From contig DURD01000007.1 of assembly GCA_012837435.1 (NCBI GenBank), forward strand, positions 11,445-75,444: a stretch of DNA of 64,000 nucleotides, written 5' to 3'. The notes beneath the pieces were generated by a model. That model saw nothing but the letters and a program-made list of their open reading frames with translations. It was not told where the DNA came from and did no database searches. A program made the position numbers and the translations under genes. Numbering within the stretch: position 1 is the stretch's first letter; every line of letters starts with the position of its first letter. Positions 21,689-32,025 of the stretch are shown piece after piece. Source of the DNA: Erysipelotrichaceae bacterium (lineage in GTDB: Bacteria; Bacillota_I; Bacilli_A; RFN20; CAG-826).

Positions 21689-21720
21689 GAAGCGATAAGT
21701 GACATTGTCGCTTCTTTTTT
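21689..21720 (+). terminator. Intrinsic terminator
   Basis: GAAGCGA...TCGCTTC followed by T run. Confidence 0.75.
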
Positions 21721-21857
21721 ATTAGTTAATAACTAGTTAATATCTAGTGGTTAATAAGTAAAAAATTGCACAATTAAACATTTTTTTAACTAACTTTTAG
21801 TTAATTGTTGTTAAATTAAAAGAAGTTAATTAAAATAAAGAAAATTGGTTATTAAAT

Positions 21858-23057
21858 ATGGAAAAACCTATTGCCGCCATTGAACTTGGTTCAAAAAAGA
21901 TTAAACTCGTCATCGGCTACGAGCTGGATGGTCAAGTATATGTCGTCTATACACTAGTAAAACCCTATGGTCATTCTATAGACGCGGGGGTTTTTGTCGA
22001 CCCGAATAAAATTAGTGCGACCATTGCTTCCATTCGCGAATTTACCGATCCTCTAGCGAAACTGAGAATTAACATTACCGATGTTTTACTATGTTTACCC
22101 CCTTATAACCTCGGTATTTATCAAACGAGACAAGTGACGACTGTGGTGACTGAAGATTCGAAAATATCCTCTCTTGATATCAAGAACATATACGCCTTGA
22201 TAAGGAATAGTGCTTATCCCCTACAAGATAAAGCCTTAGTCGATGTCATCCCTGAATCTTTTACTTTAGACCACGGAAGAATTTTTGCTCGTCCCCCGAT
22301 GGGTGAATCTTCTTCGACTATCACCGTCTCCGCTAAAGTGCAGACGTTACCTAAACTACTAGTTGAAAATTACCAAAATGTTTTGATCAATGGGGGAGTA
22401 GTTTCTCGTCGATTTGTCGTCGCTCCTCTCGCGGCGGTGGAACTCATATCTTCTTATCAAGATTTACCGAGTTCCTATATCCTCGTCGATATCGGTTCCA
22501 ATATCACGACCGTTTCTTTCGTCGGTAACAACGCTTTATATGGTTCGACCTATTTTAGTTGGGGCGGAGATAATATTACCGAAAGAATTATTCAAAACTT
22601 CAACATCAACGAAGCGGAAGCGGAAAAATATAAGATGATGTACGGCATCGATAATCGGGAAATGAATTTCAAAGCTCCGATTTGTACAGTCGATGATGGT
22701 TCAGGCCGTGAAGTCCGTCATTACAACAGCGAATTAAACGCCATTATCAAAAGTGAACTCGAAGTCTTTGTCAAAAAAGTCAATGAATCTATCGACAAAG
22801 TGGTCTCTCAACACGATAAGTCATATCGCTCCTTTCCATTACTATTAATCGGAGGGGGAGCGGAACTAAATGGTTTAGAAGCTTATATCACTCCCAAAGT
22901 TTTAAGCGATGTCGTTCAAGTCGTGAGACCGAGAAACTTAGGGGCGAGAAATGGCACATTTTTTAATTGTTTAGGAATGTTATTAGCGCATTCGAAATAT
23001 ATAAATGTCAACGATGAATCCCAATCAAAAACGGGCAATGTCACTCGAAATCAATAA
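21858..23057 (+). CDS. ftsA: Cell division protein FtsA (divergent)
   Basis: Actin-fold motifs AAIELGSKKIK, LVDIGS, GGDNIT, AEKYK, IGGGA; immediately upstream of ftsZ. Confidence 0.85.
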   Translation: MEKPIAAIELGSKKIKLVIGYELDGQVYVVYTLVKPYGHSIDAGVFVDPNKISATIASIREFTDPLAKLRINITDVLLCLPPYNLGIYQTRQVTTVVTEDSKISSLDIKNIYALIRNSAYPLQDKALVDVIPESFTLDHGRIFARPPMGESSSTITVSAKVQTLPKLLVENYQNVLINGGVVSRRFVVAPLAAVELISSYQDLPSSYILVDIGSNITTVSFVGNNALYGSTYFSWGGDNITERIIQNFNINEAEAEKYKMMYGIDNREMNFKAPICTVDDGSGREVRHYNSELNAIIKSELEVFVKKVNESIDKVVSQHDKSYRSFPLLLIGGGAELNGLEAYITPKVLSDVVQVVRPRNLGARNGTFFNCLGMLLAHSKYINVNDESQSKTGNVTRNQ

Positions 23058-23075
23058 GGAGAAGGAGAGATTGAT

Positions 23076-24188
23076 ATGGAAAACTACGATCTAGATAACT
23101 TTGAACCCGCGGCTAAGATAGTTGTTATCGGTGTGGGTGGGGCAGGAAATAACGCGGTCAATCGTATGATTGACGAAGAAATTGCTAATGTAGATTTTTG
23201 GGTGGCAAATACTGACAAACAAGCTCTTTCGACGAGCAAATCTCCTAATCGTTTGATTTTAGGTCAAGAAATTACTGGTGGTTTAGGTGCTGGTGGCGAA
23301 CCGGAAATCGGTGAAAAAGCCGCAGAAGCTAGCACTCAAGATATCAAAGAAATCGTGAGAGGTGCCAACATGGTATTCATCGCCGCGGGGATGGGAGGAG
23401 GCACCGGAACAGGCGCTGCTCCAGTAGTGGCAAGAATCGCTAAAGATTCGGGCGCTTTAGTCGTCGCTATCGTCACTCGTCCTTTCACTTTTGAAGGCAA
23501 AAAAAGAGTGGTGAACTCCATCGCGGGACTCAATAGATTAAAAGAAAATGTCGATTCCATCATTGTGGTCAGCAACGATAAATTATTGATGACTTCAGGA
23601 AATTCTTCTATTTCCGCTGCTTTTAATGAATCCGATAAAGTTTTAGCCCAATCCGTCAAAACTGTCGTTAATTTAATTCTTTTACCCGCGGTAATTAATT
23701 TAGATTTTGCTGATGTTCGTAATACCTTAAGCAAAGCCGGTGTCAGCATGATTGGTTTTGGGGTGGGCACTGGTCCAAATCGAGCAAAAGAAGCGGCGAA
23801 TGCGGCACTAAATTCTCCTTTACTAGAAACGACTATCGCCGGAGCAAGAAGAGCCATTGTCGCGGTGACATGTGGCCGTAATGTTTCCTTGTTCGACGCC
23901 CAAGATACGGTAAATTTGTTGATCAATGCCTCTGGACACGATGTCGATGTTAAATTCGGCGTAGCTATCAATGACCAATTAAACGATGAAATACTCGTCA
24001 GCGTCATCGCCAGTGACTTTGAAAATGAAATTGACTTTTCAAAACCGTCAGAATATGAACCCCCGACAAGAATTACGGTGGAAAGTCCAGTTTTATCAAC
24101 ATTAGAGCAAGAAAATGTCGACGAAGAAGAAAAAGAAATCGATAAAATCGATGAAAGTTCAATTTTGCCTGAGTTCCTAAAGAAATAA
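23076..24188 (+). CDS. ftsZ: Cell division protein FtsZ
   Basis: GVGGAGNNAVNRM, GMGGGTGTG, INLDFADV, C-terminal LPEFLKK. Confidence 0.98.
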   Translation: MENYDLDNFEPAAKIVVIGVGGAGNNAVNRMIDEEIANVDFWVANTDKQALSTSKSPNRLILGQEITGGLGAGGEPEIGEKAAEASTQDIKEIVRGANMVFIAAGMGGGTGTGAAPVVARIAKDSGALVVAIVTRPFTFEGKKRVVNSIAGLNRLKENVDSIIVVSNDKLLMTSGNSSISAAFNESDKVLAQSVKTVVNLILLPAVINLDFADVRNTLSKAGVSMIGFGVGTGPNRAKEAANAALNSPLLETTIAGARRAIVAVTCGRNVSLFDAQDTVNLLINASGHDVDVKFGVAINDQLNDEILVSVIASDFENEIDFSKPSEYEPPTRITVESPVLSTLEQENVDEEEKEIDKIDESSILPEFLKK

Positions 24189-25978
24189 TGAAAAAAATTG
24201 GCTTAGCTTTTATTTTTTTATTGACACTCACATCGTGTTATACCATCTTTGGTTCTAAATCTTCTTCGCAAAAATCATCTTCCATTTCTTCTCAAAGTTC
24301 AAAGGTTATCTCTACTTCATCTTCGATAGAATCCTTTTCGTCATCTCAAAGCACCAGTAGTCTTTCTTTAGATGAAGAAAATTTATCTTACAACGGCTAT
24401 TATAAAGACTTGAGAAGTTGGCAAAACGGTGAAGATTTAAAAAATCAGTTGTACGATATTATTAGAGAAGGCTATACTCCTTGCAGTTATAGCGATTCCA
24501 CTCCTAATTACGAATCCAATATTAAAGCGGATCATTCTAGAAATGACTTTGAATATCTAGATGTCGCTTATAGTAGCGAAGATATTTTTTATACTCAGAC
24601 TAATAAAGGTTGGCAAAGAGAACATGCTTTTTGTGCTTCTTTAATGTGCGGTAGCTCCACTTCTAACGCTGTTAAACATAAAGGACGAGCCACTGATTAT
24701 CACAACTTATTCGCCGCCTATGCTTCCGGCAATGTTTCAAGAGGAAATAAGAACTACGGCGTCGCTAATACTGATTCTTCTAGTTATAACGACTATACTT
24801 CTCACGATGGTTTGGATGGGTATAGTTACTGCGAAACCAACTTTGAACCCGGTCATATCGATAAGGGTCGTTTATCTCGAGCGATATTTTATATGGCGAC
24901 GATGTATAAGGAAGATGAGATCGATTCTAAAAATAATATCACGATGAAAGGGTTGAGAATTCTCGAACAACCTGTTAGTTATATTTCAGGAAATGAAGGT
25001 AACTTTGCCATAGGCAACTTATCCACTCTTTTATCGTGGAACAACGAATATGCTGTCGATTATTTGGAAATGCAGCACAATATTTCGGTCTATCAAGATG
25101 TCATTTCCATCGATGGATACGCTCAAGGAAATAGAAACCCTTATGTCGATTATCCCAATTTAGCGGACTACGTGTTCGGAGATAAGAAAAATGAATACGG
25201 CACTTTTAAAGATCTCTTACCTACCGAATCGAGATTAAAATCCAACGAACACACTTTTGATCACTACGCTATCAAAAGTGCAAAAAGAGAATATGAACTC
25301 GGTACCTCTATCGCTTCTAGCGATTTTGAAATAGTAAAAGTCTATAAAGATTACACTTATGAACCGGTGACGGAAGGATATGTTCATTCTCTAGAAGATA
25401 AGACATTTTCTTTAAGTGATGGAGGATATGTAAACGCTTCGATTTTAATTGACGAACAGACTTTATCTTATAATATCGCACTTAATCCCATGTCTAGTTG
25501 TGCTTCTGGTGCCATTTATTTAGACACGATAGAAGGAATTGATAATAAACTCCCTAATCAAGAACAAAGTGTCATTTATGGAGGAATTGACTTTTTATTA
25601 AGTTATACTACATCTTACGCTAAGGTAGAAACTGATGGCGTGACGATTAGCAATATTGTCACCAATGGACCAGGAATTAGTTTTGGAAGTAGCACGAAAC
25701 CGATTACTTCAGTCATAATAAAAAGCGTTAATACCTATGAGATTAACGCAGCTTTTGTTAAAGCTTGTGTGGGCAATAGAAATAGCCGTTATGAACTAAT
25801 AATTAAGGTCAATGATGAAACGCTACTAGCTGGTAGCATCATTGATAACAGCGATGATGTTTTTAGGCTATATGGAACGAACCTTGAAACTTCTTTATAT
25901 GGACAAATTAGTTTTATTTTTGTGGGAAGCAGTTCTATTAAAATCAATTCTATTGCTTTTAATTTTATAAATGCTTAA
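24188..25978 (+). CDS. Lipoprotein with endonuclease I (EndA/His-Me finger) domain
   Basis: Lipobox LTSC, Ser-rich linker, WQREH, DYHNL, RGNKNY, KGRLSRAIFYM, QGNRNPYVDYP. Confidence 0.85.
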   Translation: MKKIGLAFIFLLTLTSCYTIFGSKSSSQKSSSISSQSSKVISTSSSIESFSSSQSTSSLSLDEENLSYNGYYKDLRSWQNGEDLKNQLYDIIREGYTPCSYSDSTPNYESNIKADHSRNDFEYLDVAYSSEDIFYTQTNKGWQREHAFCASLMCGSSTSNAVKHKGRATDYHNLFAAYASGNVSRGNKNYGVANTDSSSYNDYTSHDGLDGYSYCETNFEPGHIDKGRLSRAIFYMATMYKEDEIDSKNNITMKGLRILEQPVSYISGNEGNFAIGNLSTLLSWNNEYAVDYLEMQHNISVYQDVISIDGYAQGNRNPYVDYPNLADYVFGDKKNEYGTFKDLLPTESRLKSNEHTFDHYAIKSAKREYELGTSIASSDFEIVKVYKDYTYEPVTEGYVHSLEDKTFSLSDGGYVNASILIDEQTLSYNIALNPMSSCASGAIYLDTIEGIDNKLPNQEQSVIYGGIDFLLSYTTSYAKVETDGVTISNIVTNGPGISFGSSTKPITSVIIKSVNTYEINAAFVKACVGNRNSRYELIIKVNDETLLAGSIIDNSDDVFRLYGTNLETSLYGQISFIFVGSSSIKINSIAFNFINA

Positions 25979-25989
25979 AATTAATCCGT

Positions 25990-26203
25990 CCTAGAAGACA
26001 CGTCTTTAAGAAAACTAACTACTAGCGAATTTGGGATGGTGGAAGCCAAAAGAATAGGTCTTAAAGGTATCACTTCTTTGTAAGATTTCTGAAAATAGTA
26101 AGAATCCGTCGCTTCTACGAGAAGAAGAAAATGAGGGCTAAAGATTAATCTTTAGAACTAAGGTGGTACCGCGCTACTGGCGTCCTTAGATGTGGACGCT
26201 TTT
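25990..26203 (+). promoter_or_regulatory. T-box riboswitch (Ile)
   Basis: Stem I with AGCGA and GGTGGAA motifs, specifier ATC near 26069-26071, T-box AAGGTGGTACCGCG at 26160-26173, terminator GCGTCC...GGACGC-TTTT. Confidence 0.92.
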
Positions 26204-26224
26204 ATATTAAAAAGGAGTGGCTAT

Positions 26225-28966
26225 ATGGATTATAAAGATACTTTACTGATGAACAAATCCCATTTTGAGATGCGAGGCAATTTAAATGTTAAAGAACCTC
26301 TTTTAGTCAAAAAATGGGAAGAACAAAAAGTTTACGAAAACATGAATTTATATCGTCAAGACGCTAAAGAATTCGTTTTGCATGATGGCCCTCCTTACGC
26401 TAACGGGGACATTCACTGTGGCCACATGCTCAATCGCATCTTAAAAGATTTTGTCGTCAGATATAAAAACATGCGAGGTTTTAAAACCCCTTTTGTTTTT
26501 GGTTGGGACACCCACGGCTTACCGATTGAAAACATGGTGACTAGAAGTGGGGTGGATAGAAAATCAATGTCGCTTTCAGCTTTTAGAGCTTTATGTGAAG
26601 AGTACGCCAAAACCCAAGTTGAAAGACAAAAAGTTCAAATTCAACGTCTAGGATTAGTCGGTGATTTCGCTAATCCCTATCTAACTTTGCAAAAAGAATA
26701 TGAAGCGGAGCAAATAAAAATCTTTTCACAAATGGCTCTAAAAGGGCTCATCTATAAAGGATTAAAACCCGTCTATTGGTCTCCGAGCAGCGAATCCGCT
26801 CTCGCGGAAGCTGAAATCGAATACGCGGATGTCACTTCGCATTCTATTTATGTTTCTTTTAAGGTAAAAGATGGTAAAAATGTCGTCGATAACGAGACAA
26901 AATTTGTCATTTGGACAACGACTCCTTGGACCTTACCCGCTAATTTAGCGATTGCGGTTCATCCAGATTTTGTCTACGGACAATATGAAACTAAATTTGG
27001 TAAGCTCGTCTTCCTTCAAGAATTTGCGGATAAATTAAAAGATGAGCTAGATTTAGGAGAAATCAAATTATTAAAAACTATCAAAGGACAAGATATGGAA
27101 TTTATCATGTGTTCTCACCCCTTTTACGACCGCGATTCTTTGGTGATTGTCGGTACCCACGTCACTAATGAAGCCGGTACCGGTTTAGTCCATACCGCTC
27201 CTGGACATGGTATTGAAGACTATCAGGTCTGCTTGAAATATATAGAACAGGGTCTTGAACCCTATTGTCCCGTCGATGAACACGGTAAATTCACCAAAGA
27301 AGCGGGTGAGAGATTAGCTGGTCTTTTCTATGAAAAGGCTGACAAAGTGGTTCTAGAAATGCTAAAAGAGAATAACGCTTTACTAAAACACTCGACTTTT
27401 GTTCATAGCTATCCTCACGATTGGAGAACTAAAAAGCCTTTAATCTTTCGAGCCACCAAACAATGGTTTTGCTCAATCGAACCGATTAGAGAAAGTTTAT
27501 TAAACGAAATCCATCGCGTTAAATGGTATCCTTCCTGGGGCGAAAATAGAATGGTCAACATGGTCAAAGACCGGAGCGACTGGTGTATTTCTCGCCAAAG
27601 AGCGTGGGGAGTTCCCATTCCCATCTTTTATGCAGAAGATGAGACGCCGATTATCGAAGAGGAAGTGTTTAAACACGTTGAAAACTTGTTTAGACAATAC
27701 GGAAGCAATATTTGGTATGAAAAAGAAGCTAAAGACTTACTTCCTGAAGGATATAAAAATAGCCATTCGCCTCATGGATTATTTACCAAAGAAAACGATA
27801 TCATGGATGTGTGGTTCGATAGTGGTTCTTCTTGGCAAGCGGCCCTAATTAATCGCGGTACTTCTTTTCCGAGCGATCTATATTTAGAAGGAAGCGACCA
27901 ATATCGCGGTTGGTTCAATTCTTCTTTGATTTTATCGACGGCCACTCAAGGGGTATCCCCTTATAAAAATGTCGTCAGCCACGGCTGGGTTTTAGATGAA
28001 CACGGCGAACAGATGCACAAATCCAAAGGAAATGGTGTCGATCCGATCGAAATCGCTAATATTTATGGCGCGGATATCTTGAGACTTTGGGTGGCGATTG
28101 TCGACTATCAACAAGATGTTCGCATCGGTAAAAACTTAATTAAACAAGTGGCCGATCAATATCGCAAAATTAGAAATACTTTAAAATTTATCTCTTGGAA
28201 TCTCGTCGATTTTGAGGTCGAAAATCAAGCAAGTAGTTTTACCAAAGTTGATAATTGCATTTTAGAAACACTAAATTTGTTAGTTAAAAATGTCACGCAT
28301 CATCTCGACCACTATGATTTTTCTAGTGCCTCGAGCCTGATTATGACTTTTATGTCGAGTGATTTATCGAGTTTCTATCTCGATATCAATAAAGATGTCT
28401 TATATTGCGACAAAAAAGATTCATTAAGAAGAAGGCAAGTGCAGACGACTCTATATATCATCGGAGAAACTCTCCTTAGATTACTCAACCCCGTTTTACC
28501 TTTTACCATGGATGAATTTAATTTGAATATGCCGGGCAATAGGATTAGCAATCCTCAATATTTGGATTTTCCCAAGTATCGAGAAGTCGATGAAAATGTC
28601 TTAAAAGAATACGAAGACTTTAAAGCATTAAGAGATGACGTTTTAAAAGCTCTTGAAGAAGCGAGAAACGATAAAATTATTGGTTCCGCCCAAGAAGCTT
28701 TAGTCTTGATATCATTTAACAACAAGACTTTAAAAAATTTATTTAATTCCTATGACCCAGTTTTAAGAAATCAATTATTCGTGGTTTCGGAAATTAAAGA
28801 AAGCGATAATGACGGCGCTACTTATAAGAATACAAAAATCTCCGTTTTGCGTCATCAAGGTCATTTCTGCGAAAGATGTTGGAACTATGAAAATACGGCT
28901 ATTAAGCAAGAAGACGGCACTTATCTCTGCAAGAGATGTCAAGAGGTAATCCATGGTGAAAAGTAA
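26225..28966 (+). CDS. ileS: Isoleucine-tRNA ligase (type 1)
   Basis: DGPPYANG, WTTTPWTLP, WCISRQR, EGSDQYRGWF, C-terminal CERC...CKRC; SD AAGGAG before ATG 26225. Confidence 0.97.
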   Translation: MDYKDTLLMNKSHFEMRGNLNVKEPLLVKKWEEQKVYENMNLYRQDAKEFVLHDGPPYANGDIHCGHMLNRILKDFVVRYKNMRGFKTPFVFGWDTHGLPIENMVTRSGVDRKSMSLSAFRALCEEYAKTQVERQKVQIQRLGLVGDFANPYLTLQKEYEAEQIKIFSQMALKGLIYKGLKPVYWSPSSESALAEAEIEYADVTSHSIYVSFKVKDGKNVVDNETKFVIWTTTPWTLPANLAIAVHPDFVYGQYETKFGKLVFLQEFADKLKDELDLGEIKLLKTIKGQDMEFIMCSHPFYDRDSLVIVGTHVTNEAGTGLVHTAPGHGIEDYQVCLKYIEQGLEPYCPVDEHGKFTKEAGERLAGLFYEKADKVVLEMLKENNALLKHSTFVHSYPHDWRTKKPLIFRATKQWFCSIEPIRESLLNEIHRVKWYPSWGENRMVNMVKDRSDWCISRQRAWGVPIPIFYAEDETPIIEEEVFKHVENLFRQYGSNIWYEKEAKDLLPEGYKNSHSPHGLFTKENDIMDVWFDSGSSWQAALINRGTSFPSDLYLEGSDQYRGWFNSSLILSTATQGVSPYKNVVSHGWVLDEHGEQMHKSKGNGVDPIEIANIYGADILRLWVAIVDYQQDVRIGKNLIKQVADQYRKIRNTLKFISWNLVDFEVENQASSFTKVDNCILETLNLLVKNVTHHLDHYDFSSASSLIMTFMSSDLSSFYLDINKDVLYCDKKDSLRRRQVQTTLYIIGETLLRLLNPVLPFTMDEFNLNMPGNRISNPQYLDFPKYREVDENVLKEYEDFKALRDDVLKALEEARNDKIIGSAQEALVLISFNNKTLKNLFNSYDPVLRNQLFVVSEIKESDNDGATYKNTKISVLRHQGHFCERCWNYENTAIKQEDGTYLCKRCQEVIHGEK

Positions 28967-29555
28967 AATTATCTCCTATTTAAAATCATTCTTTCGGTCT
29001 TTTATCTGGCTCTTTATACTTTTGCTTGCTTTAGATATTATCACTAAGCAACTAGTTTTAAGCGCTAATGTTTCGCCCGGTTCTACCATTTACGATTGGG
29101 GAATTGTCCGCATTAGTTTTGTCTTAAATAATAATGCCGCTTTCGGCATCGGTTTTGAGGATCCACAAATCTCTAGAATCGTATATCTTGTTGCTTCTTC
29201 GATTATAACCATCGCTATTTTGATCTATTTAATTGTCAAAAGAAAAGAAACTAAATTAATCGTTAGAGCTTCTTTAGTTTTAGTTATCACTGGGGCCATC
29301 GGCAATATGATTGACCGTATCTTTTATGGACCAGATTATGCCGTCGTGGACTGGATTGATTTTTATTGGTTTTGGCCTTTTAATTTTAATATCGCTGACT
29401 CTTGTATCGTCGTCGGAACCTTTATGCTCATCATTTACGTTGTGATTTACGAAGTGAAAGATATGATAAAAGAAAGAAAACTTAATGAAGAAAAGACTTT
29501 ATCGACTAGAGAAAAAGAACGCTTGGCTAAGCAAGATGAAGAAAAAGATAAATAA
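28953..29555 (+). CDS. lspA: Lipoprotein signal peptidase II
   Basis: NNNAAFG, GAIGNMIDR, VVDWI, FNIAD. Confidence 0.93.
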   Translation: MVKSKIISYLKSFFRSFIWLFILLLALDIITKQLVLSANVSPGSTIYDWGIVRISFVLNNNAAFGIGFEDPQISRIVYLVASSIITIAILIYLIVKRKETKLIVRASLVLVITGAIGNMIDRIFYGPDYAVVDWIDFYWFWPFNFNIADSCIVVGTFMLIIYVVIYEVKDMIKERKLNEEKTLSTREKERLAKQDEEKDK

Positions 29556-29557
29556 CT

Positions 29558-30460
29558 ATGAAAAAATTCATCGTTTCATTTAAAGAAAGTGGGTTAAGAC
29601 TGGACAAAGCTCTTTCAGTTTTAAATCCCGCATTATCGAGAAGTTATATCGCCTCCATTCTTAAAGAAGGAAAAATCTTAGTGAACAATAAAAGAGAAAA
29701 AGCTTCCTACAAAGTCAAAGAAAACGATGAAATAATTTTAGAAGATATTCCCATTAGTAAAAGCGATATCAAAAAAGAAGATATACCTTTAGATATCGTG
29801 TATGAAGACGATGATATTCTAATTATCAATAAACCTCAAGGAATGGTCGTCCATCCCGCGAATGTCTATTCTTCTGGAACATTAGTAAACGCTCTATTAT
29901 ATCGAGAAGACAAACTCTCTACGATAAACGGTGTCGTTCGTCCTGGCATTGTGCACCGCCTTGACAAAGATACTTCTGGTTTATTGTGCGTCGCTAAAAA
30001 TGATAATGCCCATCAATTTTTGTCTAGACAACTCCAAAATCGCACGATGAGTCGAGAATATATCGCGCTTGTGCGCGGTGTCATTAAAGAAAATAGTGGG
30101 ACGATTGAAATGCCGATAGGACGCGATCCAAAGAATCGCCAAAAAATGGCCGCACTTAAAGAAGGAAAACCGGCGATTACTAACTTTGTGGTATTAAAAA
30201 GATATCAAGAACATACTCTAGTAAAGTGCCAATTAGTTTCTGGTCGCACCCATCAAATTAGAGTGCATTTAAGCACTATCGGCTATCCGATTGAAGGCGA
30301 CTCTTTATATGTGGGCAAGGGTTACGATAAACTCTATAAAAAAGGACAGTTATTAACCGCCTACAAATTAAAATTAATCCATCCTAGCACTAAAAAAGAA
30401 ATGGTATTTGAAATCGATATTCCTCAATATTTTAATGAGGTTCTTAAGACTCTAGAATAA
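29558..30460 (+). CDS. rluD: RluA/RluD family pseudouridine synthase
   Basis: S4 domain, NKPQGMVVHP, HRLDKDTSG, GRTHQIRVH. Confidence 0.92.
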   Translation: MKKFIVSFKESGLRLDKALSVLNPALSRSYIASILKEGKILVNNKREKASYKVKENDEIILEDIPISKSDIKKEDIPLDIVYEDDDILIINKPQGMVVHPANVYSSGTLVNALLYREDKLSTINGVVRPGIVHRLDKDTSGLLCVAKNDNAHQFLSRQLQNRTMSREYIALVRGVIKENSGTIEMPIGRDPKNRQKMAALKEGKPAITNFVVLKRYQEHTLVKCQLVSGRTHQIRVHLSTIGYPIEGDSLYVGKGYDKLYKKGQLLTAYKLKLIHPSTKKEMVFEIDIPQYFNEVLKTLE

Positions 30461-30620
30461 AAAAGTATAGTTGAACTGATAACCAGGAAACAAATAATAG
30501 CGTAGTCATCAAACACTGATAACTGCGTTTTTTTATGGCTTATTATTCCGTTATAAATGACATGGCTAGTCGAATTTTATTTATTTTGTAAAGAAATTTT
30601 CTGATTGAACAAGATTTATT

Positions 30621-31979
30621 TTACAAGCAAAACGTCATGTAAGCGGGTATACAAATTATGCCATTTTCCCTAATTGATAGATTTTTCGGATGAATGATAT
30701 ACGATTTATCTATTCGATGTTTGTAGATATCCATAAATAAATCTAGAGAATTAGTTTTATACGATTTAGACGACTTTACTTCAATCGGTATTATTTTGTT
30801 AGTGGTTTTACTTCCAGTAGATAAAATAAAATCAATTTCAATATCATTACGGCGTTTTTGTTCGGAATATCGCGTGTAAAAATATAGTTTATGACCATTA
30901 GCAACAAGCATTTGAGCAATGACATTTTCGTAGAGCATACCTTTATTTACTGATAAGCGGCCAGATAATATTTCTTGAAATAAATTAACATCGGCGTCTT
31001 TGTTATCATCAAAGGCGTGCGTTACGAGCAACCCCGTGTCTCCTAAATAACATTTAATATAAGACCTTTTTTCGTTCAAGGACAGTCCCACATTCGGGTC
31101 TGTGCATAAGAAACATTCATTGCATATCATTGAATCAGCTAGCCAAAAAAATGTCTCTTCATAATCAAGAGCGTTATCTGACGAGGAGATAGAGCTAATT
31201 TTCACTCGTTTTTCATGTTGAGATAAAAAGGCGGGTATTTGGTCAAAAATCGATAGTACCTTCGCTTTATACATCCGATCAATTTTATTGATATCGTCAC
31301 GATATGTTTCTAAAATATCTTTTTTTTCAATTTCGCATTCAGTAAACTGCTGCTTGTTTTTTAAAAAAACATCTACGACTTTAGGCATCCCTCCAACCAG
31401 CATATATTTTTTGAACAACAACATCGCTTTCCGATGAAGAGGATTGATTAATGGCTTTTGTTCTTTAAAGCAAGTTTTTATATAATCAATCAACAAATGT
31501 TCGCCTAGCGCCCATCCAAACTCTTCAAAATCCATGGGATACATTTTAATTTTTCGTTCTTCCGAAGGTATCAAAATATTTTTGGTGTTTTCTTTTATCG
31601 AAATTAATGAGCCCGTTTCAATATAATCATATCGTCCATCTTTAACTAAATGCTTAATGGCTTCGCGTGCTTTAGGGAAGAGTTGAATCTCATCTAAAAT
31701 AATGACTGATTGCCTTTCAAATAGTGGAGTGGCGTATTCGACGGACAGCAACATAAATAACGAATCCAAATCATCTAAGAAATTATTGAAGGCGTTTTTA
31801 ATTGATAATGAGGCCTTTGAAAAATCAATCAGTATATAGGACTTGTAATTGTTTTTAGCAAACTCTTCCACAATGGTTGACTTGCCAATTCTTCTAGCGC
31901 CTTCAATTAAAATTGCTTTTTCGCCATTTGCGGTCTTTTTCCAGTTCAATAACTGGTCATATATTTTTCTTTTAAACAT
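30621..31979 (-). CDS. AAA-family ATPase with C-terminal DUF4143/PD-(D/E)XK-like domain
   Basis: Walker A GARRIGKS, Walker B ILDEIQ, ETGS, GGMP, YEN, EIDFIL...PIEVKS. Confidence 0.88.
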   Translation of the reverse strand: MFKRKIYDQLLNWKKTANGEKAILIEGARRIGKSTIVEEFAKNNYKSYILIDFSKASLSIKNAFNNFLDDLDSLFMLLSVEYATPLFERQSVIILDEIQLFPKAREAIKHLVKDGRYDYIETGSLISIKENTKNILIPSEERKIKMYPMDFEEFGWALGEHLLIDYIKTCFKEQKPLINPLHRKAMLLFKKYMLVGGMPKVVDVFLKNKQQFTECEIEKKDILETYRDDINKIDRMYKAKVLSIFDQIPAFLSQHEKRVKISSISSSDNALDYEETFFWLADSMICNECFLCTDPNVGLSLNEKRSYIKCYLGDTGLLVTHAFDDNKDADVNLFQEILSGRLSVNKGMLYENVIAQMLVANGHKLYFYTRYSEQKRRNDIEIDFILSTGSKTTNKIIPIEVKSSKSYKTNSLDLFMDIYKHRIDKSYIIHPKNLSIRENGIICIPAYMTFCL

Positions 31980-32025
31980 AATGATATTCTCTTTCTGAAC
32001 AGCAGTATTTTAGCACGCCTTTAGA

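Noticed and set aside
23336..24007. 223-aa antisense ORF, and similar shadow ORFs within polA, dnaE, ackA, glgB, ileS, mutS2, rarA and lon
   Set aside because: They lie within well-supported genes and carry no recognisable motifs.
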